DNA of 64,000 nucleotides. It comes from an uncultured bacterium (GTDB lineage Bacteria; Zixibacteria; MSB-5A5; CAIYYT01). The stretch spans positions 1,120,001-1,184,000 of the forward strand of contig CAVSCK010000004.1 in the NCBI GenBank assembly GCA_963726455.1, in the 5' to 3' direction. This document shows, piece after piece, positions 19,473 through 30,229 of this stretch. The position numbers and the translations under genes are program-made. Every line of letters begins with the position of its first letter. The stretch's first letter is position 1. The notes below the pieces were generated by a model. The model saw nothing but the letters and a program-made list of their open reading frames with translations. It did not search any database and was not told the DNA's origin.

Positions 19473-21665
19473 CTAATAATCCAGAAATCCTTTAAACACA
19501 ATTCGAGTGCCGTCATCCAGGGCGAGAAGATCTTCCGGCTCCCTCGGAGTCCAATAGCACTGATATCTGTATACTTCCGTGTCCAACAGGATCTTGTCAA
19601 GGAACTCCCACTCCTCCGCCTCCTCGATGTGATGTTGTATGTGACAGAAGAAATAAGCGTCCAACCGGCCGTATTCGCCCTTATCGATAATGGCTTCATA
19701 GTATCTGATTATCAGCCTGTTTGCTTCTTTGAGTTCGTCGCCATACTCGGTCCTGATGAACTCTTGAAGCGACAGATGGAAGAGGCGGTAGCCGTCATGT
19801 TCGCCTCCTTGCTTGAGTAGCTCCTGCATCAACTCCAACGCCTGCCGAATTTGCGCGATTTCTCTACCGCAGAAATTGGACAATTGTTCTCGATTGAGAG
19901 GCGTTCGTGCTACACAGATAAGCTTGAGTATCGTGAAGCCTACGGTGCGCCAGCCAATTCCCTCATGGTTAAATCTATCCTTCATTCGGAGATCTAGAAT
20001 TGACTTGTAGTATGCCTCCAGCCCCCTTGGGAGACTGCCAAGATTTTCTTTCGTCAATAGCCCTAGTTGCACGTCCCGAATAACCATGACAAGGAATAGA
20101 AAGTAGCCGTCAGTCTTCTCGATGAGTTCCTTAACAGACTCGTCGTTCCAGCCTAGGCGTCCAAGCCGACACCGGGCAAAGTTGAACAAGTCAGCGCGGT
20201 GGCACGCGTCTCTCTCCAGTTGCAGGCGTCTATCGGGTTTCTGAAGATTCTCCAACTCGGCAATGTCGCGGCTGGTGATAACTAGTCTGATGTTGGGAAT
20301 TCCCCTTAGTGAATTGACGGCTTCCACGAATTGCTTGATTTCCTCGGGTTTCAATTCATCGACGCCATCGATGAAGATGGGGATTGGCTTCTCCCAGTAG
20401 TCGGCATCAGCGCGGCAAATCTGGTCGAACAGGAGTTGCAGACGATGGACCGATTTCTGCGGTTCTGATTGCGGTTCCTCGTCTCTGTTAGAGCGCAGCT
20501 TAACAGTTGCCCCTTGCTGCAGTTCTTGCTCAATGTGTCGCAGGCATGCGAACACGGTGTTTCTCATCGTATTGTTGTGTGTGATGAAGAACTGCGATGA
20601 AACGGATAGGAGTTGTCCTTTTGGGTCGTATTGCTTCGCCAAGTCGGGAAACTTCTTCATGAAGGCGGACTTGCCGACACCGGGTTGTCCGACAATCAGG
20701 AACAACGATTGGCCGCGTGACTCGATGAAGGTCTTGACGCCCTTAAAAAGCCACTCTCTGCCCGAGAAGTCGCGGATCGCTTCCTCGTAGTCCCCGAATG
20801 AATCGAGAACAACTCTTCTCTGCCCTTCCACGAGGGGTCCGAGCTTGTCTTTCAGCGCAGCGACAATTCGTATCGCAAGTTTGTCTTCGTCTGACGTCGC
20901 AAATTCGCGCTTCTCTTTCGTCATAGCCCCAACGTACGTGGTACGTCTGTTAGCATCTTCAATATTCGAGATGTCATTCAGATTCAGGGCAACCGTATGA
21001 CTCGACGAATCGATCAGGATAAACGGCCATAGCGGTAGATACTTTGTGCTGTCAGTGTAAAGTGCAGCGGAATCGTCTCTAAGTTCTTCCGGCACGGACG
21101 CAACGCCGGAAAGCGAGATTTCGCGGCCATTGTTTGTTGTCCCCATCAATGGAAACTCTCTGAAAAGTCGCAAATCCTCTATTGCCTTCGTGACAGTCTC
21201 CGAGTGCTTGTTAAAAAGAGCCAGCGCGGATTCTTCGTCGATACTCCCGCCATGCCGGCCGATGGAGTCCTTGTTGAAAGAACCTACCACATCCAGAACA
21301 TTGGAGCGCGGTGCATACAGGAACATTTTGTACAGACGTTGCGATTCTGAATCAGCCCTGAAAGATCTCAGGTATTCAATACTCTTGCCTATTGTGGGTT
21401 TGGAGAGCAGATAGTTCCGGAATTGAATCTGGCACTCTCGCTCAGACGAGCAATTGTTCTCCAGTTGCTCCGCAGAAAGATAAATTACGAGGAACTTCAG
21501 CGTCTGCTCGACAAATGTGTTTAGCTCTGAGATAGATTGGCGTTTATCATCTTCGCACGCTTCTTCATAGAATCGTTTATAGATTAGCGCCAGCTTACGC
21601 GGGAAGTCGTTGATGATAATCTTGCTACAATAGGGCTGCGGGGTGCGATTGTGATTGCCGGGCAG
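19473..21665 (-). CDS. STAND/NACHT-type P-loop ATPase with a HEPN-like N-terminal region
   Basis: FSGREWLF, Walker A GQPGVGKS, Walker B IFIDGVDE, VITSR, GYFLFL, LPRGLEAYY, YRLFHLSLQEF. The frame stays stop-free for 113 codons upstream of the track start, to a CTG at 21665 preceded by GAGGGAGG. Confidence 0.8.
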   Translation of the reverse strand: MPGNHNRTPQPYCSKIIINDFPRKLALIYKRFYEEACEDDKRQSISELNTFVEQTLKFLVIYLSAEQLENNCSSERECQIQFRNYLLSKPTIGKSIEYLRSFRADSESQRLYKMFLYAPRSNVLDVVGSFNKDSIGRHGGSIDEESALALFNKHSETVTKAIEDLRLFREFPLMGTTNNGREISLSGVASVPEELRDDSAALYTDSTKYLPLWPFILIDSSSHTVALNLNDISNIEDANRRTTYVGAMTKEKREFATSDEDKLAIRIVAALKDKLGPLVEGQRRVVLDSFGDYEEAIRDFSGREWLFKGVKTFIESRGQSLFLIVGQPGVGKSAFMKKFPDLAKQYDPKGQLLSVSSQFFITHNNTMRNTVFACLRHIEQELQQGATVKLRSNRDEEPQSEPQKSVHRLQLLFDQICRADADYWEKPIPIFIDGVDELKPEEIKQFVEAVNSLRGIPNIRLVITSRDIAELENLQKPDRRLQLERDACHRADLFNFARCRLGRLGWNDESVKELIEKTDGYFLFLVMVIRDVQLGLLTKENLGSLPRGLEAYYKSILDLRMKDRFNHEGIGWRTVGFTILKLICVARTPLNREQLSNFCGREIAQIRQALELMQELLKQGGEHDGYRLFHLSLQEFIRTEYGDELKEANRLIIRYYEAIIDKGEYGRLDAYFFCHIQHHIEEAEEWEFLDKILLDTEVYRYQCYWTPREPEDLLALDDGTRIVFKGFLDY

Positions 21666-21745
21666 AAGACCTCCCTCGGAGTATGCTATGTCAACTGCCG
21701 CAGTATAGTAAGATCGAGCCGTTTGTCAAGAGCCGCGGCGCGTTG

Positions 21746-22165
21746 TTACACCAGCTTCTCGCTCGCCCTCTTCTTGGCGACGGCTCCTCTGACGTATTCG
21801 ACGATTTCGATTGTCGAGGTACCCGGCCCATACAGTTTGCTGATGCCGCTGCTCTCGAGTCTCTTGATTTCGTCCTCGGACATGATACCGCCGCCGAACA
21901 AGATCATGTCACCGCAGTTGCGTTCCTGCATCAGCTTGTATATCGCCGGAAATAAGGTCATATGCGCGCCGGACAGAATCGACACGCCGACCGCATCGAC
22001 GTCCTCTTGCAAGGCCGCCTCGACGATCATCTCCGGCGTTTGCCGCAACCCGGTATAAATCACTTCGAATCCGGCATCACGAAACGCCGCCGCAATCACC
22101 TTGATACCGCGATCGTGGCCGTCCAGACCGGCTTTCGCCAACAAAATCCTTATCTTGTCGCTCAT
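21746..22165 (-). CDS. Cobalamin-binding small subunit of an acyl-CoA mutase
   Basis: GLDGHDRG (DxHxxG), SILSGAH, FGGG. Confidence 0.95.
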   Translation of the reverse strand: MSDKIRILLAKAGLDGHDRGIKVIAAAFRDAGFEVIYTGLRQTPEMIVEAALQEDVDAVGVSILSGAHMTLFPAIYKLMQERNCGDMILFGGGIMSEDEIKRLESSGISKLYGPGTSTIEIVEYVRGAVAKKRASEKLV

Positions 22166-22201
22166 ATATCTCTCAATCTCTCAATTATACTTTCAGTTCA
22201 A

Positions 22202-22233
22202 TTCCCCTCTTGAGAGGGGACCAATGGGTGTGT
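22202..22233. repeat. Short palindromic intergenic element (TTCCCCTC-TT-GAGAGGGG...GGGTGTGT)
   Basis: CCCCTCT/AGAGGGG palindrome; loosely similar elements at 41285-41324 and 47341-47378. Confidence 0.4.
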
Positions 22234-22240
22234 CTTCTGC

Positions 22241-23935
22241 TCACAAAATCGGCGGTTCCACGTACTCGCCGTAAACATCCTTCATCGCGTCACAGATCTC
22301 GCCCATCGTCGCATACTGCCTGACGCAATCTATAATGAAAGGCATCGTATTCTTGTCATCGCGACAGGCTTGCCTCAGGTCCTCCAACGTCCGCGACACT
22401 TTATCGTTGTCGCGAATTGTTTTGGCCTTCTTGATTGACTGCTTCTGCAACTCGGCCACCGACTCATCTATCTTCAGGATAGGAATATCAATCTGCTCAT
22501 TTTCCAGCACGTACCCGTTGACACCAACGATGATTCGTTCCTTGTTGTCGATTTCTTGTTGATAGACATAGGCCGCTTTGGCAATCTCGCGCTGCAGATA
22601 ACCCTCTTCGATACACTGCATTACGCCGCCGCGACGGTCGATCTCGGCAAAATACGCCTCGCACTCCTCTTCCATACGATTCGTCAACGCCTCGACATAG
22701 TATGACCCCGCCAGCGGATCGATCGAATTGATGACCCCTGTCTCTTCAGCCAGAATCTGCTGCGTTCGCAGCGCCAAAAGCGCGGCCTTGTCCGACGGCA
22801 ACGCCAGGGTTTCATCCATCGAGTTCGTGTGCAAAGACTGCGTGCCACCCAGAACCGCCGACATGCCCTCGTAGGCAGTGCGAATCAGATTCAGTTCCGG
22901 CTGCTGCGCATTGAGCGAGCAACCCGCCGTCTGGGTATGGAATCGCAACATCCACGAGCGCGGTTGTTTGGCGCCATATTTATAGCGCATCCGCTTGGCA
23001 TAAATTCTCCGTGCCGCACGATACTTGGCGATTTCCTCGAAGAAATCCATGTGTGCATTGAAAAAGAACGACAGCCGCTGCGCGAATTCATCCACATCCA
23101 ACCCGCGTTCGATTGACTTTTCGATGTAAGTAAATCCGTCCGCAAGCGTGAACGCCAGTTCCTGCACCGCAGTGGAACCCGCCTCGCGAATGTGATAGCC
23201 CGATATTGAAATCGTATTCCATTCCGGCATCTGTCGCGTGCCGAATTCGATCGTATCGACAATCAGCTTGACCGATGGTTCAGGGGGATAGATCCACTCT
23301 TTCTGAGCAATGTATTCTTTGAGAATGTCGTTTTGCAGCGTTCCGCGCAGCTTGTTGGGCGGTACGCCCTGCTTTTCGGCTACCACGATGTACATCGCCA
23401 ACAGCACCGGCGCGGGCGCATTGATCGTCATCGACGTTGAAATCTTGCCGAGATCGATTCCGTGAAAAATCTTTTCCATGTCCAGCAGCGTATCAACCGC
23501 GACACCGCACTTGCCAACTTCTCCCAATGACCGAGGATGGTCGGAGTCGTAACCCATCAGCGTCGGCAGGTCGAATGCCACCGACAGTCCATGCTGTCCC
23601 TGGCTCAACAGGAAATGATAGCGCTGGTTCGTCTGCTCCGGTGTTCCCATTCCCGAAAACTGCCGCATCGTCCACGGCTTGCCACGATACATTGAGGGAT
23701 GCACGCCGCGCGTGTAGGGATATTGCCCCGGAAATCCGATATCGTTGAGGAAATCAATATTCATAACGTCCTCTGGAGTATAGAGCGGCTTGATTGGCGC
23801 CGATGAGACGGTGACATATTTCTTGGATTTATTCGTAGTCGCTTCGGCCGCCGCCTTCCATTCGGCATAGGCCTTCTTCAGCGCCTCCGTAAATTGCTGT
23901 TCGGAGATCACCCGTTTATTCTCGATCTCAGTCAT
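22241..23935 (-). CDS. Acyl-CoA mutase large (substrate-binding) subunit with isobutyryl-CoA mutase-like signature
   Basis: PYTRG, WTMRQFSG, GLSVAFDLPT, QNDILKEYIAQ, SISGYHIREAG, GGTQSLHTNS. Confidence 0.93.
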   Translation of the reverse strand: MTEIENKRVISEQQFTEALKKAYAEWKAAAEATTNKSKKYVTVSSAPIKPLYTPEDVMNIDFLNDIGFPGQYPYTRGVHPSMYRGKPWTMRQFSGMGTPEQTNQRYHFLLSQGQHGLSVAFDLPTLMGYDSDHPRSLGEVGKCGVAVDTLLDMEKIFHGIDLGKISTSMTINAPAPVLLAMYIVVAEKQGVPPNKLRGTLQNDILKEYIAQKEWIYPPEPSVKLIVDTIEFGTRQMPEWNTISISGYHIREAGSTAVQELAFTLADGFTYIEKSIERGLDVDEFAQRLSFFFNAHMDFFEEIAKYRAARRIYAKRMRYKYGAKQPRSWMLRFHTQTAGCSLNAQQPELNLIRTAYEGMSAVLGGTQSLHTNSMDETLALPSDKAALLALRTQQILAEETGVINSIDPLAGSYYVEALTNRMEEECEAYFAEIDRRGGVMQCIEEGYLQREIAKAAYVYQQEIDNKERIIVGVNGYVLENEQIDIPILKIDESVAELQKQSIKKAKTIRDNDKVSRTLEDLRQACRDDKNTMPFIIDCVRQYATMGEICDAMKDVYGEYVEPPIL

Positions 23936-23966
23936 CTATCGTCTCCCTTCCTAATCATCAAACAAA

Positions 23967-24935
23967 TCAGCAGGCGTCTGTGCCCGACACATCAATTCGG
24001 CGAAAATAGCGGTCAAAGATCATCTCCGCGGCGCCGTACAGATCGAGTTCACCCTGCGCCATCATACGGCTGACTTCGGCAAACTGTCCGTCAATTTCTA
24101 TTGCTTCCTCGAGCTGTTTGACCACGCGATCACGCACGGCATGAACGATTTCCGCCTTGAGTTGGCTGACTCGGCGTCGCTCCAATTCGCCGGAACCGGT
24201 TACCGCGCTACGATGCTGGGCAATCGCTTCCGACAATTTATCTACACCTTCGCCGCTGACTCCGTTTGTACCGACCGCTCGAATCTCCGACGTGCCACCG
24301 AGACGTCCTTCATGTATCAGACTGTTCAGCAATGCTATCAGTCGGTCGGCGCCCGGCCGGTCAATCTTGTTCACGCAGAACACGTCGGCAATTTCCATCA
24401 ATCCGGCCTTCATCGTCTGAATCATATCGCCCGATTCCGGTACCAGCACCACCACTACCGTGTCGCACGCTTCGACTATATCCAGTTCCACCTGCCCGAT
24501 ACCCACCGTCTCGATCAAGATCAGATCCATTCCGAAGGCGTCCAGCACCTTGATCACATCACGCGTTGCCGCGGCCAACCCGCCCGATTCACCGCGCGAT
24601 GCCATGCTGCGGATAAACACATTGTCGCGATTGGACAGATGCTGCATACGGATTCTGTCACCCAAGAGCGCCCCACCTGTAAACGGAGACGACGGGTCCA
24701 CTGCCACCACGCCGACCTTCAACCCCTGCTGCGCGTACCGCAAAACCAGCGAATCAACCAGCGTGGACTTGCCCGATCCCGGCGGACCGGTCACACCGAT
24801 GCGATAGCCGTGCCGTTCCAGCCGCGAGATATTGGCCAACAGCGACCGATATCCTTCGCGACGATTTTCAATGTGGGTGATTACTCGAGCCAGCGCACGC
24901 CTGTCCCCGCGGACAAAGTCGTCAAAGACAGACAT
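23967..24935 (-). CDS. meaB: Mutase-associated GTPase MeaB/ArgK
   Basis: GPPGSGKST, VDPSSPFTGGALLGDRIRM, ETVGIGQ, KAGLMEIAD, NKID. Confidence 0.95.
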   Translation of the reverse strand: MSVFDDFVRGDRRALARVITHIENRREGYRSLLANISRLERHGYRIGVTGPPGSGKSTLVDSLVLRYAQQGLKVGVVAVDPSSPFTGGALLGDRIRMQHLSNRDNVFIRSMASRGESGGLAAATRDVIKVLDAFGMDLILIETVGIGQVELDIVEACDTVVVVLVPESGDMIQTMKAGLMEIADVFCVNKIDRPGADRLIALLNSLIHEGRLGGTSEIRAVGTNGVSGEGVDKLSEAIAQHRSAVTGSGELERRRVSQLKAEIVHAVRDRVVKQLEEAIEIDGQFAEVSRMMAQGELDLYGAAEMIFDRYFRRIDVSGTDAC

Positions 24936-24938
24936 CGA

Positions 24939-26662
24939 TCAGCTCCAACGGATGTCTTTCACGCGAAGCTGAATCTTGGTCACACCGTTGTGGACGTTCT
25001 TTTCGATGACATAGGCCATATCGAAATCAAGCCCCTGGATGGATAAGTTGCTCCGCAAAGTCGCCGAAACCGAATCCGATCACGTCAAATACCTTCTGAC
25101 CGGACCGTACACGCATCCTCAGGTGATTCTTGCCAACCACCTGCGGCTGCCCGACCACTTCCAGGTTGCGGGTAACAAAGACCGGCTTCATATTTTCCGG
25201 TCCGAACGGCGCGAACCGTTCCAGCATCTTGACCATCTCAAAATCGATGTCGTCCAGATCAAGTTCGGCGTCGATCTGCAGTTTACGAACCAGGTCGTCC
25301 GGCTGCAGCTTAGAGGCCGCTACGGCGGAAAAGCGCTCACGGAACTTCTTGATATTCTCCGGCGCAATCGAAAGCCCGGCGGCATACTTATGCCCACCGT
25401 ATCTCAACAGCAGGTCCTCGCAACTCTTGAGCGCATCATGCAGATGGAATCCCGGAATCGATCTGCCGGAACCCTTGCCCTCATCGTTATCAACTGCAAT
25501 CAAGACCGTCGGCAAATAGAACCGCTCTACCAGTCGCGAGGCCACAATCCCGATTACTCCCTGATGCCATCCCGACGAATACAACACGATCGCTTTGTCA
25601 TTTTCCAAATCCACCGAATGCTCGATTTGTTGCAGCGCTTCTTCCAGCGTGCTCTCATCAATCGACTTGCGGCGCTGATTTTCGACTTCGAGGAACTTCG
25701 CAATCGTGCTCGCCGTCGCCGTGTCCTTGGTCGTAAGCAGTTTGATGGCTTTCTCGGCGCCACCCAATCTGCCGACCGCATTGATTCGCGGCGCCAGAAT
25801 GAATACGATCTGGCTCGTCGTGATCTCTTTGCCCATCAGGTCGCATTCGAACACCAGCGATTTCAGTCCCGGTTTGGACGACCGCAAGATCTGGTTGATT
25901 CCGAAATGCGTCAGAACACGATTCTCGGCGACTAACGGCACGACGTCCGCCGACGTGCCCAGCGCTACCAGATCCAGATGCTCATCCAGTTCCGCTTCAT
26001 CCTGCCCCAGCTTCCGATATAACCCTTGCGCAAATTTGTACGCCACGCCCACGCCGGACAACTCCCGGCCAACGGCATGATCGCCTTTGATCTTCGGGTT
26101 GACTACTGCCGCTGCCAACGGCAACGTTTCTCCCGGTTCATGATGGTCGGTGATAATGCAATCGATAAACTTTTCCTTGGCGTACTCCACTTCCCGATTC
26201 GCAGTAATACCTGTATCAACCGAAATGATCAGCGACGCTTTCTTCTTCTCGGCTTCGAGAATCCCTTCTTCCGACAGGCCATATCCTTCGACCAGCCGGT
26301 TGGGAAGATAGTAATGCACGTTGGAACCGAGTTTGTTAAGCACGAGAAACATCAGCGATGCGGCTGTGATGCCGTCCACGTCGTAATCGCCGTAGATCAT
26401 CACCGTCTCGTTTTCGCGTAATGCCTGGAGCGTCCGTTCGACCGCTACTCTCCATGCCGGGAATCAGAAACGGATCGCAGAGATCGGTCATGCTCGGATT
26501 TATGAACTTGTCGATCTCCTGAGAACTCGATAGTCCCCGATTGACCAAAATCTTCACGATCAACGGCGGAAGGTCCACTTCCTTGGAAATCTGCTCTACC
26601 ACCCGGTAGTCCGGATCGGGCGCTACCACCCAGCGCATTTTCACACGGCTCTTCAAGATCAA
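24939..26662 (-). CDS. recJ: ssDNA exonuclease RecJ, with two +1 frameshifts
   Basis: GDYDVDG, TDHH, GTSADVVPL, PRINAVGRL, GSGRS, YGGHKYAAG, PFGPEN. N-terminus in 26336..26662; C-terminus ...KIQLRVKDIRWS* ends at 24939 after a frameshift near 25040. Confidence 0.93.
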
Positions 26663-26684
26663 TCAATACCTCTTCAAACAAAAA

Positions 26685-27053
26685 TTCCGAAGCAGTCCAT
26701 AAGCCGAGTTCTGTCGAGGCCTAGGGCCCTGCAGCCATTCATCTAGGATTCGGCTTGCGTCGAATCTCAAGCAACCTACCCGGGAGTACTAGCGAGTCTG
26801 AGCAGCTCTTCTCCCCTATTTGGTCTTGCTTCGGATAGGGTTTGCCGGTCCGATGAAATTACTTCCATCGCCGGTGGTCTCTTACACCACCATTTCACCC
26901 TTACCTTTGAGCTTTCGCCCAAAGGCGGTATGCTTTCTGTTGCACTTTCCGTCGGATTGCTCCGCCCTCCCGTTAGGAGGTATCCTGCTCAGTGAAGCTC
27001 GGACTTTCCTCATCCAACTTTCGCTGGACGCGGCTGCGTGGCCTGCTTCGGAA
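26685..27053 (-). ncRNA. rnpB: RNase P RNA (bacterial type A)
   Basis: Minus strand has GAGGAAAGTCCGAGC, AGTGCAACAGAAAG, GGGTGAAATGGTGGTGTAAGAGACCACC, GCAAACCC, GAAGCAAGACCAAATAG, ACAGAACTCGGCTTA; P1 formed by TTCCGAAGCAG/CTGCTTCGGAA. Confidence 0.97.
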
Positions 27054-27085
27054 TATATATGACTCAAAAACTACTCCCTAAACCA

Positions 27086-28552
27086 TCAATACATCATGCG
27101 GTAGTTGGGAGCTTCCTTGCTGATTGTTACATCATGAGGATGGCTCTCCCGCATACCCGCCGTGCTTATTCTAATAAACTTCGACCCCATACGCAAAGAC
27201 TCAATATCCTTTGCTCCACAAAGTCCCATGCCCGACCGCAATCCGCCGACCAGTTGGAAAACCAGATCAGCCAGGGGGCCTTTATACGGAACTCTGCCCT
27301 CAATCCCCTCCGGCACCAATTTGGTCATATCCTCGGTAGTTTCCTGGAAATAGCGGTCTTTTGCCCCGTCCTTCATGGCGCCGATGGAACCCATGCCCCG
27401 GTAGACCTTAAAGCTTCTTCCTTCGAGGAGAATGGTCTCTCCGGGCGACTCCTCGGTACCCGCCAACAGCGAACCGATCATCACGCAATGCGCGCCCGCC
27501 GCCAACGCTTTACAGATATCTCCGGAGTAGCGCACGCCGCCGTCACCGATAATCGGGACATCGTTTTTCGCTGCCACTTCGGCGGCATCCATGATCGCCG
27601 TAACCTGCGGCACCCCACCGCCGGTAATTACGCGGGTCGTGCAGATTGCGCCCGGTCCGATTCCGACTTTGACCGCATCGGCGCCCGCATCTATGAGTGC
27701 CCTGGTTCCGTCGGCGGTGGCAACGTTTCCTGCCACCAAATCGATCTCCGGGAATCTCTTCTTGACCATTTTGGCCGCTTCAATTACTGCCTTGCTGTGT
27801 CCGTGCGAGCTGTCGAGCACCAGCAGATCCGCGCCGGCTGCGACAATCGCCTCGGCGCGCGGAATCAAATCACTCCCCGTGCCGATAGCCGCGCCCACAC
27901 ACAATCTTCCCCGTCCGTCCTTGCAGGCGTTCGGATAGCGTAGCTTCTTCATGATATCTTTGACCGTGATCATGCCCTTGAGGTTCATCTGATCATCGAC
28001 GATGGGCAGCTTCTCAATTCGATGGGCGTGCAGAATCTCTTTGGCCTGCTCAAGCGTCGTACCCTCACGAACGGTGATCAGGTGTTCTTTTGTCATCACA
28101 TCCGACACCGACGTCTGCAGTGCGGGATGAAAACGCAGGTCCCTGTTCGTTAGGATACCAACCAGCCGGCTGCCTTCCACAATCGGAATGCCGGAGATTG
28201 CATACCGCTGCATCAATTCCAGGGCATCCCCGATGGTCTTGTCACGCGTCAGCGTGATCGGGCTGACAATCATTCCTGCTTCCGAACGTTTGACCTTGTC
28301 GACTTCCTCGGCCTGCTTCACAATCGACATATTCTTGTGGATAATTCCCACACCGCCTTCACGGGAGATTGCTATCGCCAGGTCAGCTTCCGTTACCGTA
28401 TCCATCGCCGCGGAAATGATCGGAATGTTCATTTTGATGTTGCGCGTCAGCCGGGTCGCAACATTCACCTCGCGCGGATGGATCTCGGCCAACTGCGGCA
28501 CGATCAACACGTCGTCGAACGTCAAGCCATGTTCAGGAAGAATTTGCGCCAA
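27086..28552 (-). CDS. guaB: IMP dehydrogenase
   Basis: [19 protein letters not shown] pair, [24 protein letters not shown]. Confidence 0.98.
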   Translation of the reverse strand: MAQILPEHGLTFDDVLIVPQLAEIHPREVNVATRLTRNIKMNIPIISAAMDTVTEADLAIAISREGGVGIIHKNMSIVKQAEEVDKVKRSEAGMIVSPITLTRDKTIGDALELMQRYAISGIPIVEGSRLVGILTNRDLRFHPALQTSVSDVMTKEHLITVREGTTLEQAKEILHAHRIEKLPIVDDQMNLKGMITVKDIMKKLRYPNACKDGRGRLCVGAAIGTGSDLIPRAEAIVAAGADLLVLDSSHGHSKAVIEAAKMVKKRFPEIDLVAGNVATADGTRALIDAGADAVKVGIGPGAICTTRVITGGGVPQVTAIMDAAEVAAKNDVPIIGDGGVRYSGDICKALAAGAHCVMIGSLLAGTEESPGETILLEGRSFKVYRGMGSIGAMKDGAKDRYFQETTEDMTKLVPEGIEGRVPYKGPLADLVFQLVGGLRSGMGLCGAKDIESLRMGSKFIRISTAGMRESHPHDVTISKEAPNYRMMY

Positions 28553-28556
28553 AGTC

Positions 28557-29267
28557 TTATTCGTCTCCCTCCCAGATCAGGATCCGGCCGCACGAAGCAC
28601 AAGTCTCGATCGTGTTGCCTTTCTTGATCTGCTGGATTTTCTGCGGTGGTTGTGCCTTAAAACACTCGCCACAGGCGCCGCGGCGTAACGCAACGACGAC
28701 ATCGCCGCCACGTCCTCTGCGCACTCGTTCATAAGTCGACATCGCCGACTTGGAAACCTTCGTCACCAAATGATCGCGATACGCTTCTTTCTCATCCATC
28801 TTGCCTTGGACCGAATCGATCTGCAATTGCAGTTCTTTCAGGCGCTGCGAATTTTCCGTCTGGATGCGCGTACTGTCTTCTTCAAGCTGCAGTACCGCCG
28901 CCTTGAGCGAATCGATCTCACCGAGCAATTCCAGGTAATGCTCTTCATCCTTGGATACGTCTGTCTTTGTCGTCTCGATCTGCGCTACCAGAGCATCGTA
29001 TTCCTTATTGGTTTTGATCGTCAGCATCTGTTCCTGGTACTTTTCGTGCTGCTCTTTGCCCTGGCTAATCTTGAGTTCCAATTCCTTGACTTCCAACTGA
29101 GCTTCCTGCAGCCGGCCTTTCTTCTGAATCAGATCACCGGCCACCGTGGCCATTTGATCCTCCAGATTCCTCATCATGTCCGGCAGAAATTCCTTGGATC
29201 GCTCCAGTTCTCCGATCCAATAGTCAATGTCTTGCAGCTCCTTTAGAAGCCTAATGTCTTCATGCAT
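28557..29267 (-). CDS. Coiled-coil protein with C4 zinc ribbon (CT398/HP0958 family)
   Basis: [18 protein letters not shown]...CASCGRIL. Confidence 0.9.
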   Translation of the reverse strand: MHEDIRLLKELQDIDYWIGELERSKEFLPDMMRNLEDQMATVAGDLIQKKGRLQEAQLEVKELELKISQGKEQHEKYQEQMLTIKTNKEYDALVAQIETTKTDVSKDEEHYLELLGEIDSLKAAVLQLEEDSTRIQTENSQRLKELQLQIDSVQGKMDEKEAYRDHLVTKVSKSAMSTYERVRRGRGGDVVVALRRGACGECFKAQPPQKIQQIKKGNTIETCASCGRILIWEGDE

Positions 29268-29307
29268 CTATGCACGCCTCCGGTCTCGATCGCCCCAGCC
29301 AAGTGAT

Positions 29308-29337
29308 AAAAAAAACGCACTGTTCGCGCAGTGCATC
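29308..29337 (-). terminator. Intrinsic terminator after the tRNA pair
   Basis: Minus strand GCACTG-CGCGAA-CAGTGC followed by GTTTTTTTT. Confidence 0.7.
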
Positions 29338-29427
29338 TTAATAAAACCCGTTATGTCTTCTTTGCTGATCGATCGAGTCTCTTGGTTTCCCGTCAAAGTC
29401 GCCAACCTACCTCGTCACGGTTACTTA

Positions 29428-29504
29428 TGGTGGGCAATACTGGATTTGAACCAGTGACCTCTCGGATGTGAACCGAACGCTCTAACCAGCTGAGCTAATT
29501 GCCC
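29428..29504 (-). tRNA. tRNA-Val(CAC)
   Basis: GGGCAATTAGCTCAGCTGGTTAGAGCG TTCGG TT CAC AT CCGAG AGGTC ACTGGTTCAAATCCAGT ATTGCCCACCA; CCA encoded. Confidence 0.95.
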
Positions 29505-29513
29505 AATTTACTC

Positions 29514-29587
29514 TGGGCCCACCAGGACTTGAACCTGGGACCCACTGATTATGAGTCAGTTGCTCTAACCAGCTGAGCTATGGGCCC
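29514..29587 (-). tRNA. tRNA with CAT anticodon, most likely tRNA-Ile2 (lysidine)
   Basis: GGGCCCATAGCTCAGCTGGTTAGAGCA ACTGA CT CAT AA TCAGT ...GGTTCAAGTCC TGGTGGGCCCA; resembles Ile2 rather than fMet; no encoded CCA. Confidence 0.9.
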
Positions 29588-29606
29588 AACTATGTTCAAG
29601 CTTTTT

Positions 29607-29635
29607 ACTATAATCGCCTCTACACCCCTTGTCAA
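29607..29635 (-). promoter_or_regulatory. Sigma70-type promoter of the tRNA pair
   Basis: TTGACA-N17-TATAGT on the minus strand, just upstream of the CAT tRNA. Confidence 0.75.
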
Positions 29636-30229
29636 GAGTAATTCTAACAAAATACTGTCCAACTGTGGCTCGTCAACTTAACTGCAACCAACAACTTGAA
29701 TTATGCTCGGCTAGTGAATCGCCGGGTGAAGCCGTAAGCATCGAGCTTCTGCGCAGACTAGCACGCGAGTACACGGCGGTTGATCGAAACATGTCTGCCA
29801 TGCGCATCGCTGTGGTGGTCGCCGAGAAGACTCCTCAATCTTGTGTGCATTTGCGTGAGGTTGACGGTAGAAACGCGACAACCAAGCTACGTTTCCAATC
29901 CAGGGCAGATCCCAGCGCTCGCTGGGGACCCCGAACTAAACCTGCCGCGCACGCCTGCCAGACTGGCAGAAAAAAACCTGATAATTTTCGTGTAAATTCC
30001 CAAAAAAACGTTTGGATTCGATAAACAGATTACTATACTACGGCGTCTTCACTGCGAGCAACGATAGTTGACGCCCGAGAGCAACTTCGATCCTCCAACT
30101 TGGAAAGACGCTGACTCGGTAGGTCACGCGCAGCGATTAAAACATAACATGCACTATGAACTTCAGGGTTCTGGAGTGCTGTCTACGCGACAGGTTAGGT
30201 CCAACGACCATCTCAACATAGGAGCGACT

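Noticed and set aside
19473-19475. Genome-wide TAG reassignment
   Set aside because: TAG ends many intact genes here at their expected C-termini (TonB receptor, carboxyltransferase, purL, fumC, pfkA).
24939-26662. recJ, hutU and the acyl-CoA dehydrogenase as true pseudogenes or programmed frameshifts
   Set aside because: All lesions are single-base insertions with no common slippery motif and no other decay; sequencing error is more parsimonious.
26820-27067. Short ORFs 26820..27062 and 26882..27067
   Set aside because: They lie within the RNase P RNA gene.
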